From: Candidatus Hermodarchaeum yapensis
Lineage (GTDB): Archaea > Asgardarchaeota > Hermodarchaeia > Hermodarchaeales > Hermodarchaeaceae
Reading direction: 5' to 3'
Assembly (NCBI GenBank): GCA_016840405.1
Contig: JAEOSK010000021.1
Span: forward strand, 1 to 46,623
DNA length: 46,623 nt
Below, one piece after another: positions 30,164 through 38,879 of the stretch; position 1 is the first letter of the stretch, and every line of letters begins with the position of its first letter. The notes under the pieces were generated by a model. That model was not told where the DNA came from and made no database searches. It saw only the letters and a list, made by a program, of their open reading frames with translations. Made by a program: the position numbers and the translations under genes.

Positions 30164-31465
30164 ATGCAGGAACACGGTGAGATGAACACCGTGTCTGACA
30201 AAACTTCAGCGATTAGAGGACTTTATCGTCTCTCAATTGAGGAGCGACAGAAAAAACTTCAGGAATTTGCTGATTTAACCGAAGACGATATGTCGGTGTT
30301 AGAAAAGTTTGGATCATTAGATGCTTCAACCGCTGATAGAATGATCGAAAACGTTGTGGGCACTTTCCCCTTTCCTCTTGGAATCGCAACGAATTTTCAG
30401 ATAAATGGTCGAGATTTTCTTGTTCCTATGGCCTTGGAAGAACCCTCCGTGGTTGCTGCCGCTTCTAATGCTGCCCGGATGACACGCCAAACAGGAGGTT
30501 TTTCGGCAAGTACAACGGACCCGGTTATGATTGGACAAATACAAGTCGCAGATATACCCCATTTGGATAAGGCAGAAAAGAGTATAACAGAGCAAAAAGA
30601 AAATCTACTCAAGGTTGCAAATGCTCAAGATCCTGTACTAGTGAAGTTTGGTGGGGGAGCACGAGACTTACAGGTTCGACGACTTGACACAATTATGGGA
30701 CCGATGATTGTGGTACATATTTTCGTTGATGCTCGTGATGCAATGGGAGCTAATGCTGTAAATACTATGTGTGAAGCACTTGCTCCACTCTTAGAAGAAT
30801 TAACGAAAGGAAAAGTCTACCTAAGGATTCTTTCCAATCTCGCAGAGCATCGGCTTGCCAGAGCTACTGCAACATTTCCTGCAAAAGAACTTGGCGGTTC
30901 AAAGGCTGTTGATGGAATATTGAAGGCTTATGCTTTTGCACAAGCTGATCCCTACAGATGTGCTACTCATAACAAAGGAATTATGAATGGAGTAGATGCA
31001 GTCCTACTCGCCACTGGGCAAGATTTTCGCGCCGTTGAAGCAGGTGCGCATACATATGCAGCAACACGAGAGGGAGGGTATCAATCGCTAACCCGATATG
31101 AGAAGACACCTTCAGGCGATTTACAGGGGAGTATAGAACTACCGTTGGCGGTGGGTCTTGTCGGAGGGGCAACACGTACTCATCCTGTGGCGCGCTTATG
31201 TGTGAAAATTCTTGGTGTAAAAACAGCAAATGAACTTGCTGAAATCATTGCAAGTGTGGGTCTAGCCCAAAACCTTGCCGCACTACGAGCGCTAAGTCAA
31301 GAGGGAATTCAAACAGGTCACATGAAACTACATTCTCGCAATGTTGCAATAGCCGCTGGAGCCATTGGAGATGAAGTAGATACGATCGCTCAGAAAATGA
31401 TTGCCGAAAAACGCGTTCGTTTTGACCGAGCTCAAGAAATCTTAGCTGAACTCAGAAAAGATTGA
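30164..31465 (+). CDS. hmgA: HMG-CoA reductase, class II
   Basis: MIENVVG, EEPSVVAAAS, DAMGAN, THNKGIMNG and GIQTGHMKLH motifs. Confidence 0.95.
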   Translation: MQEHGEMNTVSDKTSAIRGLYRLSIEERQKKLQEFADLTEDDMSVLEKFGSLDASTADRMIENVVGTFPFPLGIATNFQINGRDFLVPMALEEPSVVAAASNAARMTRQTGGFSASTTDPVMIGQIQVADIPHLDKAEKSITEQKENLLKVANAQDPVLVKFGGGARDLQVRRLDTIMGPMIVVHIFVDARDAMGANAVNTMCEALAPLLEELTKGKVYLRILSNLAEHRLARATATFPAKELGGSKAVDGILKAYAFAQADPYRCATHNKGIMNGVDAVLLATGQDFRAVEAGAHTYAATREGGYQSLTRYEKTPSGDLQGSIELPLAVGLVGGATRTHPVARLCVKILGVKTANELAEIIASVGLAQNLAALRALSQEGIQTGHMKLHSRNVAIAAGAIGDEVDTIAQKMIAEKRVRFDRAQEILAELRKD

Positions 31466-31573
31466 ACCTGACACGACAAGGTAATATAACCCCTTTATCC
31501 TCATATGTAATGAGGAAACGCGATTCGCGGCTACAAAAAAGTGATACTCACTCTAGCGGTGGAACGAGTTAAG

Positions 31574-32494
31574 ATGAAACAATACATAGGGATGATAGAA
31601 GTCCTTGGTGAGGGGGGAGAATTACAGCCGTTACATTGGAATCCCAACCACCTTTTAGATGGAAGAGCAATCCTTGTTGTTGATGAACCAGAAGCTATTG
31701 TCTGGGTATGGCTTGGTCAAGGAACATCGATGTTACAACGGACAACAGCGACTCGCCAAGCACGATTTATTATGAAGAATGGTATTCATATCGATGATAT
31801 TCATTTTGGTACAAAATGCACCAACTTCATTGAAATCCCAGGAGACCTTAAGAGTTCAAAAGCAACACTTCTGAAAAAACTTCTCGAATCTAATCCAAAA
31901 ACGTCAGAGTATCTTGTTGTCGTAGAAGAAGAAGTAGCGATTTCGACCTTTGATGATTTGATTCAAGACCGAGTCGAGGTCTTCGAGCAGGCCATTATTC
32001 CTGAACCTACACGCCAAAAGACTCCTACTCGTCGACGAATTCTCACTTACGAAGAACAACTTGCGACTAAAGTTCTCTTTGCGGTAGCCGATTGTTATGG
32101 GCAAGCCAACATGACACCAATTGGCCCTAGCGAGTTTCAGGTGTCAGTACTTCGCCTTCAATTGCGATTTATCTGTCAAGGAGATGCAATTCTCTTTACC
32201 GAAATTCGTGCAACCGCTCCAGAAGATCTTGAAGCCTTTACTCGATGTTTTGGTCAGGCTCCTCAGCTTACAGCTGATGGGCAACAGACCGTGGGAGCAG
32301 GAATTCCTACTCCTTCACCAGAAACCACAGAGGAGACTAAACAGGAATCAGTTTTTGACGCGATGCGGGAACAACTTTCTCAACTGAAGACAGAACCCAC
32401 ATCTGAAGAAAACGTTGAAGAAGCCGCTGAATCCGAATCAGAAGACGAAGGGGAAGGAAAGGGCGGATCCACAGATTTTGAACTGTTCAGCTAA
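31574..32494 (+). CDS. Gelsolin-like domain protein, paralogue A, with a second globular domain and an acidic C-terminal tail
   Basis: AILVVDEPEAIVWVWLGQGTSMLQRTTATRQARFI fits the gelsolin core (strand-D, WxG, long helix); ATG 31574 preferred over GTG 31541. Confidence 0.68.
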   Translation: MKQYIGMIEVLGEGGELQPLHWNPNHLLDGRAILVVDEPEAIVWVWLGQGTSMLQRTTATRQARFIMKNGIHIDDIHFGTKCTNFIEIPGDLKSSKATLLKKLLESNPKTSEYLVVVEEEVAISTFDDLIQDRVEVFEQAIIPEPTRQKTPTRRRILTYEEQLATKVLFAVADCYGQANMTPIGPSEFQVSVLRLQLRFICQGDAILFTEIRATAPEDLEAFTRCFGQAPQLTADGQQTVGAGIPTPSPETTEETKQESVFDAMREQLSQLKTEPTSEENVEEAAESESEDEGEGKGGSTDFELFS

Positions 32495-32536
32495 ATCATC
32501 CGCTGGTCTCCAATCAAACCGGAGATTTCCTTGTAG

Positions 32537-33955
32537 GTGTTACAAGAGTTGGAACTGACTATTCACGGCGCAGGTCAAACCGTTACGGGGAGCATGTTCC
32601 AAATTCAAACAAAAACCACCTCGTTTCTTTTTGATTGTGGTCTTTTTCAAGGAAATCCTGCAGAACAAGCTCATCGTAATCGAACCTTTTCCTTTGACCC
32701 GTCCACCATCGATTATGTTATTTTGAGTCATGCTCATCTTGACCATTGTGGACGACTCCCTTTACTTGTCCGGGCTGGTTTTCGTGGCCCAATATATGCC
32801 AACCATGCGACAGCGGATTTATGCGATCTCCTGCTAAGAGATGTAGCTGAATCAGAGGAAGAAGACGCGACAAGGGCACGATCACGCCAAAGAACCATAA
32901 AAAGCGATCACATCTTTGATCCAGAACCCCTCTTTTCTGTAAGGGATGCGGAACAAACAATCCAACAATTTCGAAGAGTCAAATATAACTCAAAAAAAGC
33001 GCTTCCTGGGAATGTCACGCTTTGCTTTCGAGATGCAGGTCATATTCTGGGTTCGTCTATAGTAGAAACCTGGGTTGAAGAGCGAGGGAAAGTTGTTCAC
33101 ATAGTTGACACGGGAGATATCGGAAGAAAGAACACTCCCCTAATCCGCGACCCAGATTATCCATCCGCAGCCACTTATCTGCTCTGCGAATCAACCTATG
33201 CCAACCGCATACACGAACCCCTTTCTAAAACAATCAAACGCTTTGAACAGGTCATTATCAAAGCAAACCGACATCGGAGTCATATCCTAGTGCCTGCCTT
33301 TGCAATTGGTCGGACACAGGCACTAATCTATGCCCTGAATTGCCTTGTAGAAAATTCACGGGTACCCATAATTCCCGTGGCAATTGATTCTCCTCTTGCC
33401 ATTAGAGCTACCGAGATTTTCAAACGCCATAAAGAGTGCTTCGATGAAGAAACGTGGAACCTCATTAAATCTGGTGATGCGCCTTTGGATTTCAAAGGTC
33501 TTCAATATATTGAGTCCCATGAAGACAGTGATCGTTTAAGCCAACAAAATGGACCCATACTGATTGTTGCAGGTTCGGGAATGATGAATGGAGGACGGAT
33601 TCTCCGCCACCTTTATCGACGGATTGAGGATCAAAAAACGCACTTGATGATTATTGGATTTCAGGCGCCAGGAACGTTGGGTCATCGTATTATCCAAGGA
33701 GCACGCAAAGTGACACTTTATGGGCGAAAAAGGCGAGTTCGTGCACGAATAGAACAATTGTACGGGTTCAGCGCTCATGCGGATAAACCGGAACTCAAGA
33801 GTTTTCTTACTTCACTACGCGAGAATACACCCCAACACGTCTTTTGTATCCATGGAAGCCCCAGTGCATGCCGAGGGCTCACACGATTGGTCAAAAAGCA
33901 TTTGCGGTGCTTGGCCACGGCTCCCGAGATTGGTCAACGGTTTGTATTAGCCTAG
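32537..33955 (+). CDS. MBL-fold beta-CASP ribonuclease (bacterial-type TTHA0252-like)
   Basis: GAGQTVTGS, DCGLFQG, SHAHLDHCG, AGHILGS, CESTY, PAFAIGRTQ, FSAHAD and IHG motifs. Confidence 0.92.
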   Translation: MLQELELTIHGAGQTVTGSMFQIQTKTTSFLFDCGLFQGNPAEQAHRNRTFSFDPSTIDYVILSHAHLDHCGRLPLLVRAGFRGPIYANHATADLCDLLLRDVAESEEEDATRARSRQRTIKSDHIFDPEPLFSVRDAEQTIQQFRRVKYNSKKALPGNVTLCFRDAGHILGSSIVETWVEERGKVVHIVDTGDIGRKNTPLIRDPDYPSAATYLLCESTYANRIHEPLSKTIKRFEQVIIKANRHRSHILVPAFAIGRTQALIYALNCLVENSRVPIIPVAIDSPLAIRATEIFKRHKECFDEETWNLIKSGDAPLDFKGLQYIESHEDSDRLSQQNGPILIVAGSGMMNGGRILRHLYRRIEDQKTHLMIIGFQAPGTLGHRIIQGARKVTLYGRKRRVRARIEQLYGFSAHADKPELKSFLTSLRENTPQHVFCIHGSPSACRGLTRLVKKHLRCLATAPEIGQRFVLA

Positions 33956-33976
33956 TGCTGAGCAGAGAAGAGAATC

Positions 33977-34219
33977 TTAGGCATGGGCAGATACTTTCTC
34001 TACCCGAAGCCAAGGGTTTTGGCGAGTGAATTCGAAAAGCGAATTTGTGAACCGTTCAAGATCCTCGAGTTCGATAACGAAGTTGTACCGTCCATCGCCA
34101 AGGGGTAATTTACTGATGATACGTCCGTGTTGATTCAATAACAGGTTCACGTGTCCATTTTGCGTGGCATGTTCCTCTCGAGTTCGCCCGCTGTAAGAAA
34201 GCGAAATATTGGCTTTCAT
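33977..34219 (-). CDS. Small hypothetical protein (80 aa), possible ferredoxin/ACT-like fold
   Basis: Strong SD AGGTGAGG upstream; alternating beta/alpha pattern. Confidence 0.6.
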   Translation of the reverse strand: MKANISLSYSGRTREEHATQNGHVNLLLNQHGRIISKLPLGDGRYNFVIELEDLERFTNSLFEFTRQNPWLRVEKVSAHA

Positions 34220-34320
34220 AGTGTAGCCTCACCTGTGTATGCTTCTTTGGAAACTGAGCCGACTTAAACCTTTCCGAAATAGTCTAAGACGATTCAAAAG
34301 AAAAACTAACCCAGAAAATA

Positions 34321-34911
34321 CTAGTGGTTGATTGTACTCGGCGCGCGAAAATAGTAGGCGACTAGGTCGTAAGCAATATCAAAGCACCAGAAACCAACGG
34401 TGTGGATAAATGTAAGAAGCCCGAAAAAGGGAAGGATAAGAACTACGATTTTTACAAGTGGACGATGTGTCAACACCCATTGGAGAGTGGGTTGAGATGT
34501 TCTTTGAGCAGCAGAATGTATAACCTCGTCTATTATTACAGCAGGAATGAGAGCGAAGAGGGTTGGAAGTAAAAATAAGAATACACCAAAGATTTGGTAT
34601 AATGCAACGTAGAGACTAATTACTGCAATAATTGTAAAGTAAATATTGTCGACTTTCCGTGCTCCGAGTAATCCAAACGCCAATCCAAGAGCGAGTACAG
34701 CTGTGTAAAAATCAAGGATAACCCAGATGTTGATGATTATTATTAGACTAATTGACAAGAACCAATGGAGGAGCTGACGCTGTCGGGATTGGGCAATTTT
34801 ATCAGTGAGGTAGTCAAGGAGCTTTATCCCTCCGCCAATAAAGGCATAGGAAAGTATCAGTGCCATTGGGAAAAGAAGGAGGAGCATTCCGATTGACCTG
34901 CGATCGCTCAT
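34321..34911 (-). CDS. Uncharacterised polytopic membrane protein
   Basis: About 6-7 hydrophobic segments with charged motifs GGGIKLLD, KVDN, DE, HRP and FDIAY. Confidence 0.75.
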   Translation of the reverse strand: MSDRRSIGMLLLLFPMALILSYAFIGGGIKLLDYLTDKIAQSRQRQLLHWFLSISLIIIINIWVILDFYTAVLALGLAFGLLGARKVDNIYFTIIAVISLYVALYQIFGVFLFLLPTLFALIPAVIIDEVIHSAAQRTSQPTLQWVLTHRPLVKIVVLILPFFGLLTFIHTVGFWCFDIAYDLVAYYFRAPSTINH

Positions 34912-34914
34912 GAA

Positions 34915-35646
34915 TTAGCCTGCAAGGTTTTTCAGTTCAAGGGCTACCAGATCTTTTAGTTCCTTGGGAGTTTTTGAATCCCATTTGAAGGTAAGTTTGC
35001 CCTTGCTGCGTTTCATTTTGTGTTGCAATCCGTCAATCGCTTCAATAATCACTTCTTCAGTATCACCCGAACTCTTGAATTCAATGTGAACTTGTTGGTG
35101 AACACGAATAATTGCCATTAGTGCAGCTTCCAGGTCAAGCTTTGTGGCTTTTTTGGAGGGTGCTTTAACTGCAGGTTGTACAGGCTTTGGATCCTCAGCG
35201 GGAGGGGATTCAGCTGGCGTTGGAGCACTAGTGACAACTGATGCACCTGAAGGAGCTGCACCTTGAAGGGTTCCAATTATGAGCGTTCCTTTGGGGTTTG
35301 CAACTGTATGGATCTCCATTGGGGAATCAAGTAGGGCAATTAACGCGTTATAGTTATTCGCAGTTGTGGGGTTTTCCAACCCATCCTGATCGATAGTGAC
35401 TAGGGAATATCCTCGGCCAAGGACTTCATCACCGATACGTTGACCCTCAATACTCATCTGTTCTGCTTTGCCTTTGGCGGTTCGCCGTTTATCATATTGG
35501 ACACCGCTACCCATCCAGAACCAAAGCGCTTGGGTTGATTCATCGACTACAACTACGCACACGTCACCACGTAATTTCTTCGAACCGGGTCGTATTGAGC
35601 GAACAAAACCTAAGCCACCAACTTCCAACATTACAAGTCGAGTCAC
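34915..35646 (-). CDS. Gelsolin-like domain protein, paralogue B
   Basis: DVCVVVVDESTQALWFWMGSGVQYDKRRTAKGKAEQM; Pro/Ala-rich linker; ~75-aa C-terminal alpha/beta domain. Confidence 0.68.
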   Translation of the reverse strand: MTRLVMLEVGGLGFVRSIRPGSKKLRGDVCVVVVDESTQALWFWMGSGVQYDKRRTAKGKAEQMSIEGQRIGDEVLGRGYSLVTIDQDGLENPTTANNYNALIALLDSPMEIHTVANPKGTLIIGTLQGAAPSGASVVTSAPTPAESPPAEDPKPVQPAVKAPSKKATKLDLEAALMAIIRVHQQVHIEFKSSGDTEEVIIEAIDGLQHKMKRSKGKLTFKWDSKTPKELKDLVALELKNLAG

Positions 35647-35868
35647 GGATATTGCACCCCATTGAACCCCAGCAGCCTAGATCAAGAACCTAAGCCGACG
35701 GTATGTGGCATCAATATTTTCGCAATATTCTCGCCGTTATACAGCGCAATCTCATTGCGAGGTCCAGATTAGGGTTGGTTTCAATCTTTTATTAAGTTGA
35801 CTCTACACCTGATACGGTTGGAGGTTCCCATACAATTCCTGCAATTCAACTCCAAAAAATAGTGGGAA

Positions 35869-36645
35869 TCATAGATCTGCAGCAGCTAATCGATCTCGGA
35901 GAAGGGCTAGGATTTCTTTTCGTTTTCCTTGGAAATCGTATCGTTGCAGGAAGTGTACAGAACCATTAGTAACGTCGATTTGGCAAATGATGCCGTTTGG
36001 ATCTTCGATAGTGTACCGGGTTCCGTCTTCTATCTTAGTTGTACTAATGTAGCACATTGAGAAGTGGTCAAGAATTGAGGAGATGAGTATTCCGACTCGA
36101 ATTACTCCCAAGTCATCTAAATCGCGTTTAGGTTTTGAAGCGACGGGTTCAGTTGTTGTTTCTGGTTGGAGAGTGCCTGGTGCGGGTTTGGGTTCTGGCT
36201 GGGGAGGGGGAGTGGTTGTTGGAGTCGGCGCAGGTGGGGGGACTTCAACCGCCGTAGGAGCAGGAGAGGGAGTGCCACCAAACCGTCCAAGTACGCCATC
36301 TGAAATTGTGAATTTTTGATTAAGTGTATGATGTAGTTGATCATATTGAGTTTTGACTTCGGGATCGTCGAGAATATCGCCTTCAATGATTTCAATATTT
36401 GAGACATCGCGACCTATGCGATAGGGTCCGATTTGGTAACCTGCACTTACGATTGAACGGGCTTTTCGTTGGGCTGCACGTCGTTCAACGAGACTTGTTG
36501 AGGCACCTTGCCATAGCCATACGCGTTCTTTGAGTTCATCGATGGCTATCACGATTCGGTCATCGGCTAACGCTTCGGTTGAGAGAGGTAATGGTTCTAT
36601 AATTCCTGAGGAGAATTCGAGGAGTAATACAAATTTATCTGCCAT
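35869..36645 (-). CDS. Gelsolin-like domain protein, paralogue C
   Basis: DRIVIAIDELKERVWLWQGASTSLVERRAAQRKARSI; PPPAPTPTTTPPPQPEP linker; C-terminal alpha/beta domain. Confidence 0.72.
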   Translation of the reverse strand: MADKFVLLLEFSSGIIEPLPLSTEALADDRIVIAIDELKERVWLWQGASTSLVERRAAQRKARSIVSAGYQIGPYRIGRDVSNIEIIEGDILDDPEVKTQYDQLHHTLNQKFTISDGVLGRFGGTPSPAPTAVEVPPPAPTPTTTPPPQPEPKPAPGTLQPETTTEPVASKPKRDLDDLGVIRVGILISSILDHFSMCYISTTKIEDGTRYTIEDPNGIICQIDVTNGSVHFLQRYDFQGKRKEILALLRDRLAAADL

Positions 36646-36701
36646 TGTTGATGTTCCCGCCGGATTCTATTCATTAGAGGATATTCGTTCTTCTCTGTGT
36701 T

Positions 36702-37829
36702 TTACAGACACAAGAATTTTTCTTGTGGTGGTGTTGTGATGTGGTGACCGGACTGAGTAACCATTACATTGATTTCACTACGGACTCCAAATTTTCCTTT
36801 AAGGTATATTCCTGGTTCTACTGAAACTAGGGTATTGGGGAGTAGAAGCCGTGTTTCGGGCATCTCGTAGCTATCCAGGTTTGCTCCTTTTCCATGAGAC
36901 AACGAGTCAATACTATGCCCGGTCCGGTGCAGGATTGCGTCTTTGTATCCTGCCATAATCATTACTTCTCGGGCTTGTTCATCAGGAATTCTTGCTTCGA
37001 TATGCGGTTTCACCGCAGCGGTAGCCCGTCTCTGGGCCTCTTTAACGACATCCCAAACTGTCTGAATTTCTGAAGGAATCTTGGATCCTGTAAACGCCAT
37101 CCAAGTAATATCAGCGAATATTTCCCATTTTGCCCAAAGATCAATCATAACCAGTTGATTCTTTCGTATCATTACATCGCCAGGTGTGTAATGGGGATTG
37201 GCAGCATTTGCTTGCACGGCAACCATCGGGGCATCAACCGAGGTAAGTTTCTCCTTTGCTAAACGATTTCGGATAAATACCGCGACATCCTCTTCGGTTG
37301 CACCTCCGATTCTATCAGCAAGAAAGGAAAAGGCTTCTTCCATGATTTTGGTTAAGGTGAGTGCAGCTTTTTTGTGATTATCTAGTTGTTCGGATGAGAG
37401 AACAGAGTGTACAATTTGCATTAGATTTTCTCCCATCACCCATCGAACCTTGGGGGCAATGGCACATAGGTGCATGAATCGTCCAGCGGGTAAAACATCT
37501 GTTTGTGGGTTTTCACCTAAATTTACTGCAATGCGTTCAAAGGATTGGGTATGATCTCGAATCGCAAGTAAGAAGTCAGCTTGGGTTCGTGCATCGAATG
37601 TGTTGATGGTTGGATCAATATCCATTAGTTCAGGAGAATCCACAGGTGATTTGATGAGGACGATTGGATTATCCTTCGCGATGAGTAGAGCATATTGACG
37701 TGAGCGGGGTGCAAGATGACCAAGGAGGGCTTCTCCGGTTGGATCGATTCCCCGAAAATCATAGATTAACCATGCATCAATATTTGAATCTTGCATAAAT
37801 TTTCGAATTGCGGTTAATTTGTCATTCAT
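36702..37829 (-). CDS. Xaa-Pro aminopeptidase (peptidase M24)
   Basis: ANPHY, MIDLW, ADIT, HRTGHSI, SVEPGIY and GVRSE motifs; start probably ATG 37829. Confidence 0.9.
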   Translation of the reverse strand: MNDKLTAIRKFMQDSNIDAWLIYDFRGIDPTGEALLGHLAPRSRQYALLIAKDNPIVLIKSPVDSPELMDIDPTINTFDARTQADFLLAIRDHTQSFERIAVNLGENPQTDVLPAGRFMHLCAIAPKVRWVMGENLMQIVHSVLSSEQLDNHKKAALTLTKIMEEAFSFLADRIGGATEEDVAVFIRNRLAKEKLTSVDAPMVAVQANAANPHYTPGDVMIRKNQLVMIDLWAKWEIFADITWMAFTGSKIPSEIQTVWDVVKEAQRRATAAVKPHIEARIPDEQAREVMIMAGYKDAILHRTGHSIDSLSHGKGANLDSYEMPETRLLLPNTLVSVEPGIYLKGKFGVRSEINVMVTQSGHHITTPPQEKFLCL

Positions 37830-37957
37830 TCTTAGTAACGGAATTGTCATTGGACTAACACTACTAGGCGTTCTTATCTTCAAGCCCAAAAAGCTTTAGG
37901 CAGAGTAGTACGGAGCTACACGAACTTCGATTACTAACAAGATGAAATGTGGGCGAT

Positions 37958-38866
37958 ATGGCTGAAAAATCCGCTCCCGACAAAGATGCGTTTGGAACCA
38001 TCCTTGAACAATTGCGGAAAGTTCAAGCAGCGATGCGTGTATGTGTACGCGCAATTCAAGAGTCACGCAATCAAGCCTGGGAATGGCGTGATCGCCGGGA
38101 TGAATTACGAACTGAGGCTCCTCAAATTCATGATGAGATTTCAGAGCAGCGGGATGCTCGTGATGAACTGAATGCTGAGGTTCAACGTCAAAAGGAGCTG
38201 CGAGATAAGGAAACAGATCGTGCACGTGAATTACAGGAGCAGTTGAACGAGTTACGTGGAAAAAGAAGGGGTCCAGAAGAATATGTGTCATTGGAAGACA
38301 TGCAACGTGAATTTCGTGAGCTTGAATGGAAGCAGCAGACGACGTCTTTAACAGTGGATGAAGAGAAGGCAGTTATTGAAGAGATGGAAAGACTGTCGAG
38401 GACCATCGCGTCTACGCCAACAGATACACCTAAACCCGCTGATTTAACCGAAGAAATGGAGAAGCTTTGGCAGGAAATTCAGGATGCGCGCAGTAAGGCC
38501 CAAGAGCATCATGAAAGAATGGTTGCGGTAGTTGAAGAGGCCCAACTGAAACACAAAAGTGTCATTCAACTGTCACAGAATCTTAATCCATCACGAACTG
38601 AGGCTGGAGAAGCACATCAGATGTATGTTCAATGTCTGCAGGAAGCCGATGAAATGCGAGAACGGCTTGATGAACTCCGTGAACAAGAGCTGACCCTCAA
38701 AGCCCAATTAGACACTATTCGGAAAAGTCGAAAGGAAACTCGTCGAGAGCGGGAGAAAGTGGCGATGGAGAGATTAGCAGAGCAAGCGCGGACAAAACAG
38801 CAGTCCGGTCAAAAGCTCACCCTTCAAGAGCTGCGGGCACTTATGGAGACGGATGGATTAGAGTAA
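37958..38866 (+). CDS. Archaeal coiled-coil protein (COG1340-like)
   Basis: Heptad E/R/Q-rich sequence with RDELN repeats, LEWKQQTTSLTVDEEK and GQKLTLQEL. Confidence 0.78.
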   Translation: MAEKSAPDKDAFGTILEQLRKVQAAMRVCVRAIQESRNQAWEWRDRRDELRTEAPQIHDEISEQRDARDELNAEVQRQKELRDKETDRARELQEQLNELRGKRRGPEEYVSLEDMQREFRELEWKQQTTSLTVDEEKAVIEEMERLSRTIASTPTDTPKPADLTEEMEKLWQEIQDARSKAQEHHERMVAVVEEAQLKHKSVIQLSQNLNPSRTEAGEAHQMYVQCLQEADEMRERLDELREQELTLKAQLDTIRKSRKETRREREKVAMERLAEQARTKQQSGQKLTLQELRALMETDGLE

Positions 38867-38879
38867 GATTCGAAATATG

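Noticed and set aside
35647-35868. Intergenic gap between gelsolin-like genes containing a small CGCAAT/ATTGCG palindrome
   Set aside because: Only a 6-bp stem, expected by chance; probably ordinary promoter/terminator sequence
37896-38291. 131-aa His-rich minus-strand ORF
   Set aside because: It is antisense to the E/D-rich coiled-coil gene, and the His richness follows from the reverse-complemented codons
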